A DNA stretch of 24,489 nucleotides from Verrucomicrobiota bacterium (GTDB lineage: Bacteria > Verrucomicrobiota > Verrucomicrobiia > Opitutales > Seribacteraceae): positions 1 to 24,489 of the forward strand of contig JAQBYT010000050.1 in NCBI GenBank assembly GCA_027622665.1, given 5' to 3'. A program made the translations under genes and the position numbers. The notes beneath the pieces were generated by a model, which was not told where the DNA came from, searched no databases, and was given only the letters and a program-made list of their open reading frames with translations. Below are positions 1 to 8,518 of the stretch, piece after piece (within the stretch, counting starts at the first letter, position 1; each line of letters starts with the position of its first letter).

Positions 1-29
1 GCCTCAGTCTCCGACCGGCCAGCCAGTAG
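1..29 (+). CDS. 3' end (partial) of an FGE-sulfatase/CLec-fold domain gene (...LSLRPASQ*)
   Basis: Identical to 11844-11872, where it is the end of ...LGFRLSLRPASQ* of an FGE-domain C-terminus; TAG at 27-29. Confidence 0.75.
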
Positions 30-110
30 CGGAGTGAGCCGTAGGGAGCCGCCGAGCAGAGCGGAGCCTGCCCGGGGAGCGACTGAGGCCGAACGGAGCG
101 CCGCTTTTTC
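1..110. repeat. 110-bp GC-rich structured repeat at FGE-gene 3' ends, copy 1
   Basis: 108/110 identical to 11844-11953; GCCTCAGTC (1-9) is complementary to GACTGAGGC (81-89). Confidence 0.95.
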
Positions 111-166
111 GCTTACGCCGGCAATGCCGCGAAGCAGGCTATCATCGGATAGTCGCCTGACCTCTC

Positions 167-286
167 CAGCCTCAAGAATAATATAAAACCCATCCAACCG
201 TTTGGATGAGAATCCATTGATGTGTTGACCGAAGGGGAGCGGGGAGTAGGGTTGGAGGGATGACGGAAACTACTTGCCGCTATGTT
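167..286 (+). promoter_or_regulatory. Repeated promoter/start module, copy A, with a relic of the MRKLL.. signal-peptide start
   Basis: CAGCCTCAA..ATATAAAACCC-CATCCAACCGTTTGGATG..CATTGATG..TTGACC(225-230)-N16-TAGGGT(247-252)-N7-ATG(260); then atgacggaaactact..atgtt, similar to atgaggaaactact..atgtt at 8597. Confidence 0.75.
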
Positions 287-324
287 GAAAATCCTAGATT
301 ACTAAAATTGAAGATGTTCTAAAT

Positions 325-948
325 ATGAAACAAATTTTACTTATTTTCGCTCTGCCTCTTATTCTCAATGGGATAGAAATATCCAATAAGCAAGGAGCTT
401 CCTTTGATGGAGCAATTATTGAGTTAATCCTCACGACCGAAGGAAAAGAATCCATTAAAGTCCGACAAAGTTCAGATAAAAGAGTTTACTCAATCCCACT
501 AAATTCATTAAGCGAACCTACTCTAATTGCAATTATCATGGCACAGGGCAATTTAAACAAAGGTAAAAAACAAGCTCCAAATATTGCTGCAGTCCCGAAA
601 AAACTGAATGCTTTACCCGTTGTCGCGAATAACAAAACATGGAAAGATTTCAATGACCACAAGATTGTTGATTTTCGATCAAACCCTATTCGTTGGAATG
701 GTAAAACAGTAAAAGTTGTGGGAAATTTCGAATACAAGAGTTCGTTCGGTGAATCGTTTTCGATTGAACAAGGAGATGATGATATCGACGTTGTGTACAA
801 GGAATTGACGAGAAGAGAAAAGGAAGAAGTGTTAAGGCAAGAAAACTTTTCTAATGTTCTTATGAGAGTATCTGGTCGTTTAGAAAAACATTCTTTTTCT
901 GCGAACAGCTTCGAGATCATAGCAAAGAAGATTGAATTCCTAAAATAA
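325..948 (+). CDS. Secreted hypothetical protein, SHD1-like N-terminal domain plus possible OB-fold C-terminus
   Basis: 207-aa ORF with signal peptide MKQILLIFALPLILNG; NKQGASFDGAI..YSIPLNSLSE resembles SHD1; GKTVKVVG..RVSGRL suggests an OB-fold; visibly AT-richer than its neighbours. Confidence 0.75.
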   Translation: MKQILLIFALPLILNGIEISNKQGASFDGAIIELILTTEGKESIKVRQSSDKRVYSIPLNSLSEPTLIAIIMAQGNLNKGKKQAPNIAAVPKKLNALPVVANNKTWKDFNDHKIVDFRSNPIRWNGKTVKVVGNFEYKSSFGESFSIEQGDDDIDVVYKELTRREKEEVLRQENFSNVLMRVSGRLEKHSFSANSFEIIAKKIEFLK

Positions 949-1007
949 GTCCACTTTCAAGTACATGAAAAGAATGGTGAGGAGACTACACACCTGACGA
1001 CCGCCTG

Positions 1008-1024
1008 AAGGCGTCCCGATACTT
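1008..1024 (+). repeat. 17-bp post-stop motif AAGGCGTCCCGATACTT, copy 1
   Basis: Exact copies at 1991-2007 and 12007-12023. Confidence 0.9.
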
Positions 1025-1071
1025 ACCAAGCTTCCCCTTGCTCTTCGGTTCTGCGGGGGCTTGACCCGAAA

Positions 1072-1176
1072 TGGGACGCTTGGGACGGGTAATTTCTATT
1101 TTTTGGTAAAGATAGTAAGAAACGGAATTGGTAGTATACGTAAAAGAAGTTCAAAACTGCCGTCCCACCCGTCCCA
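1072..1176. repeat. Inverted pairs of TGGGACG repeats flanking an AT-rich core (origin-like)
   Basis: TGGGACGCTTGGGACGG (1072-1088) vs CCGTCCCACCCGTCCCA (1160-1176), 15/17 complementary, around ~70 bp of AT-rich DNA. Confidence 0.7.
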
Positions 1177-1208
1177 CGATACTTTATAATCCTTCCCAAC
1201 TCTCCCCG

Positions 1209-1313
1209 ATACCCGAATCAGCCTCAACATTAATATAAACCCCATCTCACCGTTTGGTGCGAATGCATTGATGGGTTGACCGAGGGGGAGCGGGGAGTAG
1301 GGTTTGGGGGATG
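1209..1313 (+). promoter_or_regulatory. Repeated promoter/start module, copy B
   Basis: ATACCCGAATCAGCCT..ATATAAACCCC..ACCGTTTGG..CATTGATG..TTGACC(1276-1281)-N16-TAGGGT(1298-1303)-N7-ATG(1311). Confidence 0.75.
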
Positions 1314-1381
1314 AAGGCTCGTTACAAAATCAACGGAAACTTGTAATAGGCAAATCAATCGCAAGGCTCTACAATAACGAG

Positions 1382-1981
1382 ATGAAACAGTTACTGGTCA
1401 CTTTTATCGTCGCCCTACTGATGGTAGAGTGTGGGGAAAAACCGGGAGGGGATAGTCCCGAATCCAGCAAGAAGGACGGACTTCAAACTGATTACTACGA
1501 TAACGGGCAGAAGAAGTCTGAAGCAAACTGGAAGGACGGTAAGCGGGACGGACTTTTTACGTTTTGGTACGAGAACGGAAAGACGAAGTTCCAAGGAAAC
1601 TTGAAGGAGGGCAAGCATGACGGCCTTGGGACGATGTGGTACGAGAACGGGCAGAAGCAGGCGGAAGAAAGCTACAAGGACGGCAAACGGGACGGCCTGA
1701 ATACGTCGTGGTACGATAATGGGCAGAAGAAGTCTGAAGCAAACTACAATAATGGCAAACTGGACAGGCTCTGGACTAGTTGGTACGATAACGGGCAGAA
1801 GAGAGGCGAAGTTACTTATAAGGAGGGAAAGCTAATGACCTTCGTTTCTTGGAAACCGGATGGCGATAAATGTCCCGACACCAATATTTTCGACGGTAAT
1901 GGGGTTACGGTTGCATACAATGACAAAGGGACGGAAATTGCTCGCCTCACCTACAAGGACGGCGAACCCGTCCGAAACTAA
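1382..1981 (+). CDS. MORN-variant repeat (YwqK-like) putative lipoprotein
   Basis: ~24-aa repeats (W/Y)Y(D/E)NGQKK.E..YK(D/E)GK.DG; signal MKQLLVTFIVALLMVECG; ATG 1382 is preceded by TACAAT-N6, so it is preferred over the TTG at 1304. Confidence 0.85.
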   Translation: MKQLLVTFIVALLMVECGEKPGGDSPESSKKDGLQTDYYDNGQKKSEANWKDGKRDGLFTFWYENGKTKFQGNLKEGKHDGLGTMWYENGQKQAEESYKDGKRDGLNTSWYDNGQKKSEANYNNGKLDRLWTSWYDNGQKRGEVTYKEGKLMTFVSWKPDGDKCPDTNIFDGNGVTVAYNDKGTEIARLTYKDGEPVRN

Positions 1982-1990
1982 AGCTGCCTA

Positions 1991-2007
1991 AAGGCGTCCC
2001 GATACTT
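1991..2007 (+). repeat. 17-bp post-stop motif, copy 2
   Basis: Exact match to 1008-1024 and 12007-12023; starts 10 bp after the MORN gene stop. Confidence 0.9.
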
Positions 2008-2054
2008 CAAAAACCCCCGCTTGACCTGAACTACCGCTGGTATTGGATGGAGGG

Positions 2055-3101
2055 ATGAAGAAACTACTGGTCGCTACGTTCGTCGTATTATGTCTTGCCC
2101 TTTCAGCAGAGGAACCGGTTCGTACTTGGACCGACCTCAAGGGTGCCACAATAAAAGCCGAATTCGTCCAGTTTGCGGACGAAAAGGTCATCATTCGCCG
2201 TGACGACGGGGTTTCCTTCAAGGCGTCACCCGCAATCTTTTCTGCGAAAGACCGCAAGTACTTGGATGAGTTGAGTCAGAAGCTGAATCAAGTCGGCAAG
2301 GCAGCCCCAGAAGCTCCCGTACACTTCAATGATGCCAAGCTGGAGGCCGCCCTCCGTGAGGTGCTGGGAAAACCAGCAGCCCCCCTCACCCGCAGGGACA
2401 TGGCCTCACTGAAAGAGTTTAAGGCCCTAGAAAAGGGAATCACCGACCTCTCCGGCCTCGAACACGCGACCGAACTGACTGGCCTGAACCTCGCCAACAA
2501 CCAAATCACCGACATCTCGCCACTGGCGGGACTGACCAAGCTGGCGACGCCGTATCTCAGCAACAACCGAATCACCGACGACCAACTAGGCACGCTGGCG
2601 AAGTTGGCCAAGCTGACGATTCTATTCCTCCCAGGAAACCTAATCACCAACATCACGCCGCTAGCTGGGTTGACCGAACTGACCGATCTAGGCCTCAGCG
2701 ACAACAATATCACCGACCTCACGCGACTCGCGGAGCTGGTCAATCTGAGTGATCTGACCCTCTACAACAACCAAATCACCGACATCTCGCCACTGGCGGG
2801 ACTGATGAAGTTGGAGACACTGTTTCTGGAAGAAAACAAGATCACCGACCTTACGCCGCTGGCGGGGCTGGCCAAGCTGACCGAACTATTCCTCGACGAA
2901 AACAAGATCACCGACATCACCCCATTGAAAGGATTAGCCAAACTGGTGATTCTGTTCCTCAACGACAACAAAATCACCGACGCCAAGCCGCTAGTGAAGT
3001 TGACCAAACTGGAGGGACTGCTCCTTGGCAACAACCCCATCACCGCCGACCAGCAGGCCATGCTCAGGAAGGCTCTGCCGAACTGCGACATCGAGTTCTG
3101 A
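2055..3101 (+). CDS. Secreted SHD1-domain plus internalin-like leucine-rich repeat protein
   Basis: Signal MKKLLVATFVVLCLALSA; RTWTDLKGATIKAEFV..FSAKDRKYL (SHD1-like); F.DAKLEAALR cap; 22-aa LRRs L..L.L..N.ITD..PL; exact 41-bp DNA duplication 2495-2535/2765-2805. Confidence 0.9.
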   Translation: MKKLLVATFVVLCLALSAEEPVRTWTDLKGATIKAEFVQFADEKVIIRRDDGVSFKASPAIFSAKDRKYLDELSQKLNQVGKAAPEAPVHFNDAKLEAALREVLGKPAAPLTRRDMASLKEFKALEKGITDLSGLEHATELTGLNLANNQITDISPLAGLTKLATPYLSNNRITDDQLGTLAKLAKLTILFLPGNLITNITPLAGLTELTDLGLSDNNITDLTRLAELVNLSDLTLYNNQITDISPLAGLMKLETLFLEENKITDLTPLAGLAKLTELFLDENKITDITPLKGLAKLVILFLNDNKITDAKPLVKLTKLEGLLLGNNPITADQQAMLRKALPNCDIEF

Positions 3102-3188
3102 CTAAAGCAGCAAAACACTCCCCGTGAACCTCCGAACCCGCATCTCCAGAGCCGACGGCTACAGACAGCTGGAAATGTTCGCGGACGC

Positions 3189-3214
3189 ATACCCGAATCA
3201 GCCTTTTTTTATAT
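3189..3214 (+). repeat. Left half of the repeated promoter module (ATACCCGAATCAGCCT..ATAT)
   Basis: 16-bp exact match to 1209-1224; the remainder of the module is absent here and appears at 8519. Confidence 0.7.
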
Positions 3215-3270
3215 CTCTATAGCAAGAGCCGTGGAGTGCAGTTCAGCCCAGTTTAGGGAAAGAGTGCGCA

Positions 3271-3308
3271 TTGCCGAGCCGAAGGGATGCGAATAGCTTT
3301 GGGGCATG
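3271..3308 (+). promoter_or_regulatory. Orphan sigma70-like leaderless-type promoter
   Basis: TTGCCG-N17-TAGCTT-N6-ATG followed by only a 9-codon ORF. Confidence 0.35.
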
Positions 3309-3466
3309 ATATATTTGCAGTCTGGCCTGGCATAGAACGTTACGATTAACAAATTCTGATAGCTGAATCAACTAGACCTTGCATCGCTTATAATTCTTTC
3401 GCTGCAGAGTAACTCCCTAACTGACCATTCCATTGAATAGGTGGATGTTCATGGCTTCGCAATCTC

Positions 3467-5572
3467 TCAATATCCAAACCAATCTTTCGCACCTTTCCAT
3501 CCACTATCTTTGTAGGATTGATCAGGGTAAAAAGGAATATCATCGGGCTTCCGGGGTTTGTCCTTCAGTTCACCTTTGCAATATTTTTTCCACTCGGCCC
3601 AACCTTTTAGTTTTAGCTTCCGGACAAATGCCCGTGCTTTTTCAAATGAGCGGTAGATTCTGTCTCGGGTGGCAATTCTGCCGGTTCCAAGCCAGTCGCC
3701 CATTCCTTTCCACCCGCTATCTTTGTAGACTCTTTCTGGGCCAACTGGAATATCATCGGGCTTCTTCGGTTTGTCCGCCAGTTCGCCTTTGCAATATTTC
3801 GCCCACTCGGCCCGGCTCTTTAGTTTTAGCTTTCGGGTGAAAGCCCGTGCTCTTACAAGTGAGCGGAAGGTTCTGTCTCGGGGTACAATTGCATCGGTGC
3901 CAAGCCAGTCACCTAGATTTGTCCATCCGTTATCCTTGTAGAATCCATTGGGGCTCGTTGGAATGTCATTGGGCTTCTTCGGTTTGTCCTGCAGTTCGCC
4001 TTTGCAATATCTTTGCCAATCGTCCCAACTTTTTAATTTTAACTTCCGAACGAACTCCCGAGCTTTAACAAAAGAGCGGTAAGTCCTGTCTCGGGTGGCA
4101 ATTCTGCCGGTTCCCAGCCAGTCGCCTAAGCTTTTCCACTCCTTGCCTTTATATTTGTCACGGGGATTTGCCGGGATATCATCGGGTTTGGGGGGTTTGT
4201 CCGCCAGTTCACCGATGCAATATTTTTGCCACTCCGCCCAATTTTTGAGTTTTAGGTTACGGACGAAAGCCCGAGCTTTAGCAAATGAGCGGTAGTTTCG
4301 ATTAAAGGTCGCAATTGTGCCGGAACCGAGCCAGTCGCCCACGCCTTTCCATCCCTTCTCTTTATAGCTTTTGCTGGGATTCGCCGGGATATCGTCGGGT
4401 TTCTGCGGTTTGTCCGCCAGTTCACCGATGCAATATTTTTGCCACTCCGCCGAATCCTTTAGTTTTAGTTTCCGAACGAATGCCCGGGCTTTGTTAAATG
4501 AGCGGTACACTTTATTATAGTTGGCAATTGTACCGGTTCCCAGCCAGTCGCCCGCGCCTTTCCAGCCTTGGTCTTTGTAGATGTTCCATGGAGCCGCTGG
4601 AATATCATCGGGCTTGGGGGGGGTGTCAGCCAGTTCACCTTTGCAAAACTTCTTCCACTCGGCCCCATTTTTCAGTTTTAGCTTCCGGACGAATGCCCGT
4701 GCATTTTCAAATGAGCGATAGTTTCTATTAAAGGTCGCAATTGCGCCGGAACCGAGCCAGTCGCCCATGCCTTTCCAGCCCTGATCTTTGTCGATTCTTT
4801 CGGGACTGGTTGGAATGTCATCGGGTTTCTGCGGTTTGTCCGCCAGTTCACCTTTACAATATTTTGACCACTCGTCCCGACTCTTTAGCTTTAGCTTCCG
4901 GGCGAATGCCCGTGCTTTTTCAAATGATTGGTAGATTCTGTCTCGGGAAGAAATTGTACCGGTTCCGAGCCAGTCCCCCGTGCTTTCCCAACCCCTGTCT
5001 TTGTAGGTGCTGGTGGGGGTCGCTGGAATATCATCGGGTTTCTGCGGTTTGTCCGCCAGTTCTCCTTTGCAATATTTCAACCACTCGAACCAACTTTTGA
5101 GTTTTAACTTTTGAGCGAATTCTCGGGCTTTTCTAAAAGGGCGGTAGATTTTATCTCGTGGAGCAATTGTTCCGGTTCCAAGCCAGTCACCTACGCCTTT
5201 CCACCCCATATTCTGATAGATTGCAGCAGGGCCTGCCGGGATATCATCTGGCTTCGCGGGTTTGTCTGCTAGTTGGCCTTTGCAATATTTTTTCCATCCA
5301 ACCCAACTATTGAGTTTAAGCTTGTGAACGAATGCACGTGCTTCTTCAAATGTGCGATAAGTTTTATCTCCTGGAGCAATTGTGCCGGTGCCGAGCCAGT
5401 CACCTCGGCCTTTCCATCCCTTATCTTCGTACGCTTGATTTGGATTTGAAGGAATATCAACGGGTTTTCTTGTATTGCCCGCCAGTTGGCCTTTGCAATA
5501 TTTGTTCCATTCGGCCCCACTTTTTAGTTTCAGCCTGTGAACGAATGTCCGGGCCTCTTCAAAAGGCATCCA
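3467..5572 (-). repeat. Coding tandem array of 213-bp units (9 full plus 1 shortened terminal unit)
   Basis: 2106 bp = 9 x 71 codons + 62 codons + stop, read from the translation. Confidence 0.95.
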
Positions 5573-7582
5573 AGAAAGCTTTGCCAGTTTGCCCCAAACC
5601 TTAAGCTCCACTTGCTTGGCAAATTCATCGGGGTCGACATCGATTCCATCAGGCACGGAGAAAACAAACTTTCTTTTGCCGACCGCAGGTCGTTTGCCCT
5701 GAGATACCGAGCGGAAGTACTCGACGATACGCTCATCATTGGAAGCCAAGGCGCGAAGAACCATAAGAATGGCATCATACGCTTCATTTTGCTCGATGCG
5801 TTTCTCCAGTTTCTTGGAATCGAGAACAATCGGGATAACAACGTAACCACGCTTCTTCCCTTTGCTTGGCCGCAATGCGCGACCCACGGCTTGAACGATG
5901 TCAACGGTGCTTCCTTTCGGATCGGCGAAGAGAATGCCGTCAATTTGCTTTACGTCCACGCCCTCGGTCAGGCAGCGGGCATTAGTGATTAGGCTGCGCT
6001 TGCAGGAAATGGCTTCGTCCAATTTGCGTTGTCGCACCGAGGTGGGCATTGCTCCGGTGACGTGAAACGTTTCCAGTTCCCCAAACTCACTGAACTTGCG
6101 GGTGATTTTATCCTGCGTCAGCTGGAATGCCTCTGCCCGAGCAATGGTCGAATGAAAGGAAATGCAATGCCGCAGGGGATGGGCCTCCATCGATTTACGA
6201 AGCTGCAGGGCGGCGGCAAGCATCTTGGCCTCAAGCTCGTCATTCCATTGCCCAAGCTTTGGCTTCACCAGTACGTTGGAGCGGATGAGCTTCTTCACCT
6301 CGTCGGTGGTTACCACCATCGTGACGATTTGGTAGTCACTGAGGATAGGTGGTTTGCAATTCAATGCTTCTTTAAAGGAGAGTAGCTCGAAGGTTTCCCC
6401 ATATACATCGGGCTCATCCATGCTGAGGATGTCGTCCCCAGTCCCTTGATATCGTCGCTCGGTAGCCGTCATGAAGAGACGCTTATCAACCTTGATGTTC
6501 CGGTCGAATAGGAGATGACCGAACAGTTTGCCTCTTGCCCCAACCGTTTTGTGCGCCTCGTCAAAGATGCCGAGATCGAATCTGAACTTGGCCTTGCGTG
6601 AAGCCTGGGCTAGTACTTGTCCGCTTTGATATGTGACTAAGGCAATGCTCGTTGACTGGGGGCGTTTGCGCAGCCATGCGGTGATTTGTTCCGGCTTGCT
6701 CTTAATTTCCACACCCAGGTCTTGCGTAAGGACAGCGACATCGTCCTTTGAAACATCCTTCACGCTTTCATCGCTACATACGCATATCCACCTGATGTCT
6801 CGTTTCGTGGCTAGTGATTCACGAGCCCAAACCTCTAGTGTTTGCCTAATGAGGGCTAAGCTCGGGACGGCAATGAGGATGCGCTTGGCTTTCAGGTCCT
6901 CGGCAATCCAGTAAGCACCGAGACTTTTTCCCGCACCACAGGGCATAATCATTTTCCCTCGCTTATTCTTTTCCTTAATAAAATGTTTCCTGGCATTGCG
7001 GATAGCGCGTTTTTGATGCTCGCGAGGAGTAAACGCTTCGATGCTTTTTGCCTTTCCGGCGATGTCGGCGTGGATGCGAGTGAAGAAGTCTTCGTCCAGT
7101 CCCCTCCATTTTTCTCCGGAACAGAAAGTGACCCTGTCGGCGTGATAGAGCTTTAGCTTGTAGCTGAAGCGGTCAACCGATGTGCATACGAGTCCAAGGG
7201 AGATGCCGTTGCATACGGTAAAGGATAAATCCGTGAAGGTGCTAAGTTCCTTTCGAGTCAGTGATTGGGCTTCATCTGTCTTGTACTTGCACTGAATAGC
7301 CCAGTAATCGCCTTCCTTGGTCTGGGCAAGCAAGTCGACACCCTCGTCGCTGTGAGGCAGGTTGAGCTTTCGATGCAGGGCATGGGGCACTTCCCCTTTG
7401 TTGATATTCCATACATGCTTCAGTGCAGTGGCGTAGGTGGGGTCCAGTTTGAGGTAATACTCTGTTAGAGCCTCGAAGCAGTTTCCCTTTTCCTTCTCCG
7501 ACAAGTTAGCGAGCTGCTCCTTGAAGGAAGCCCAATTCTTTGACTTCTTTAGAATGCCAATCGGTGAAGCAGTAGTTGTCAA
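3467..7582 (-). CDS. Mrr-like restriction endonuclease plus SF2 DEAH helicase plus ten 71-aa C-terminal repeats (INT_rpt-like)
   Basis: EKGNCFE..GVDLLA..WAIQCK nuclease motif; PREHQ, MPCGAGKS, FDEAHK, MTATER, LTEGVDV, QAVGRALR helicase motifs; repeats YRSF..AR.F.RKLKLK...EW.KYCKG...KP.DIP..P...YK..GW...GDWLG; TTG start overlaps the upstream TGA. Confidence 0.9.
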   Translation of the reverse strand: MTTTASPIGILKKSKNWASFKEQLANLSEKEKGNCFEALTEYYLKLDPTYATALKHVWNINKGEVPHALHRKLNLPHSDEGVDLLAQTKEGDYWAIQCKYKTDEAQSLTRKELSTFTDLSFTVCNGISLGLVCTSVDRFSYKLKLYHADRVTFCSGEKWRGLDEDFFTRIHADIAGKAKSIEAFTPREHQKRAIRNARKHFIKEKNKRGKMIMPCGAGKSLGAYWIAEDLKAKRILIAVPSLALIRQTLEVWARESLATKRDIRWICVCSDESVKDVSKDDVAVLTQDLGVEIKSKPEQITAWLRKRPQSTSIALVTYQSGQVLAQASRKAKFRFDLGIFDEAHKTVGARGKLFGHLLFDRNIKVDKRLFMTATERRYQGTGDDILSMDEPDVYGETFELLSFKEALNCKPPILSDYQIVTMVVTTDEVKKLIRSNVLVKPKLGQWNDELEAKMLAAALQLRKSMEAHPLRHCISFHSTIARAEAFQLTQDKITRKFSEFGELETFHVTGAMPTSVRQRKLDEAISCKRSLITNARCLTEGVDVKQIDGILFADPKGSTVDIVQAVGRALRPSKGKKRGYVVIPIVLDSKKLEKRIEQNEAYDAILMVLRALASNDERIVEYFRSVSQGKRPAVGKRKFVFSVPDGIDVDPDEFAKQVELKVWGKLAKLSWMPFEEARTFVHRLKLKSGAEWNKYCKGQLAGNTRKPVDIPSNPNQAYEDKGWKGRGDWLGTGTIAPGDKTYRTFEEARAFVHKLKLNSWVGWKKYCKGQLADKPAKPDDIPAGPAAIYQNMGWKGVGDWLGTGTIAPRDKIYRPFRKAREFAQKLKLKSWFEWLKYCKGELADKPQKPDDIPATPTSTYKDRGWESTGDWLGTGTISSRDRIYQSFEKARAFARKLKLKSRDEWSKYCKGELADKPQKPDDIPTSPERIDKDQGWKGMGDWLGSGAIATFNRNYRSFENARAFVRKLKLKNGAEWKKFCKGELADTPPKPDDIPAAPWNIYKDQGWKGAGDWLGTGTIANYNKVYRSFNKARAFVRKLKLKDSAEWQKYCIGELADKPQKPDDIPANPSKSYKEKGWKGVGDWLGSGTIATFNRNYRSFAKARAFVRNLKLKNWAEWQKYCIGELADKPPKPDDIPANPRDKYKGKEWKSLGDWLGTGRIATRDRTYRSFVKAREFVRKLKLKSWDDWQRYCKGELQDKPKKPNDIPTSPNGFYKDNGWTNLGDWLGTDAIVPRDRTFRSLVRARAFTRKLKLKSRAEWAKYCKGELADKPKKPDDIPVGPERVYKDSGWKGMGDWLGTGRIATRDRIYRSFEKARAFVRKLKLKGWAEWKKYCKGELKDKPRKPDDIPFYPDQSYKDSGWKGAKDWFGY

Positions 7583-8456
7583 AATTCGACGTCTCGGCAG
7601 CGGAGTTCCAGTTGGTAGCTGATTTTTCTTTTTAGACTATCGTCGATGGTCGGTGTCTTTTTGAGAACTGCTGAGCGAATGTTCTTTGGGTTCAGTACCA
7701 ATAGAGGATCTCGACTAGTGCTTTCTACGAACCAACCGGGCAAGGCGAGTATGGGAAAAACCTCAATGGAAGTATCGAGGCTAGCGCTGAGGTGCTTGGA
7801 CAAAAGGCGAGCGTTGTGCGTTGCCTGGCCTATGCCTTTCTTGGTGGTGCGATGCGGGAAGCGGAGTTCCTTGCCGTCGAATTTCACCTCGTAGTTTTTG
7901 CCGTTGGCGGCTTCCGTGGGTTTGCGGTAGGTTTTAGTCTCGATGGCGAAGACTCCGTTGGGGCCAACTAGTATGTGGTGATGTTGCCCGTCTTGCCGTC
8001 GGGTTCGATTGGGAAGTCGTGAAAGACTTCAAAGCCATCCTTTAGCATCGAGTGAAGCATTCCCCCTACAAGCCTCTCGCCCCTGAGACCGAGGAAGTAA
8101 TTCGCCAAGGAACGAATCTGCTTGGACAAAAAGAACGAACAGGCAAACCCCGCCCCGAACAAAAGAGCAAACCAAACCCACGAGCTCAACCCGAACCAGA
8201 GCAGTCCTGTGGATACTTTGCCGGCTGAGGAAAGGAAAGAAATGGGTCCCAGGCTCAAGAAGACAAGAGTGAGCAGGCATCTCTCCGTCCGCGCCTCCAC
8301 CTCGAGCCCCAAACTGTGACCGGGCTCTCTCATCATCTTCTCTCCCGTAGGCACGGGGCTCTTGTGGTAAAGAAAGGTCTTGGAGCGAAAGGCAAAAAGC
8401 CAAGTGCCCCCAACCAGACCGCAAATGTAACCCAGCGTGAGAATCGAGGTAATCAT
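7579..8456 (-). pseudogene. Membrane-anchored NERD-domain nuclease with a 1-bp frameshift (or sequencing error)
   Basis: ORFs 7968..8456 and 7579..7887 join into G..GE..V..HD..GNI[D]HILVGPNGVFAIETK if one G is restored between 7980 and 7979 (ATC[G]ACCAC); hydrophobic N-terminal segments. Confidence 0.85.
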
Positions 8457-8518
8457 TACTCTATCTCTTAGAGACTAAGGAGTTCAGTCAACGTTTTAGA
8501 GTTTTGACTATCCGGCGC

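Noticed and set aside
1382..1981. Toxin-antitoxin (YwqK antitoxin) function for the MORN proteins
   Set aside because: That label reflects only the repeat type; both proteins have export signals and no adjacent toxin.
3467..5572. CRISPR or non-coding repeat array
   Set aside because: The 213-bp units are in-frame coding repeats with no repeat-spacer alternation and no cas genes.
3433..7468. Many plus-strand ORFs opposite the helicase
   Set aside because: Antisense shadows of the real gene and its repeats; no recognisable motifs.
3467..7582. Classical Type I/III/ISP restriction-modification system
   Set aside because: No methyltransferase motifs (GxG SAM-binding, NPPY/DPPY) in this protein or in its neighbours.
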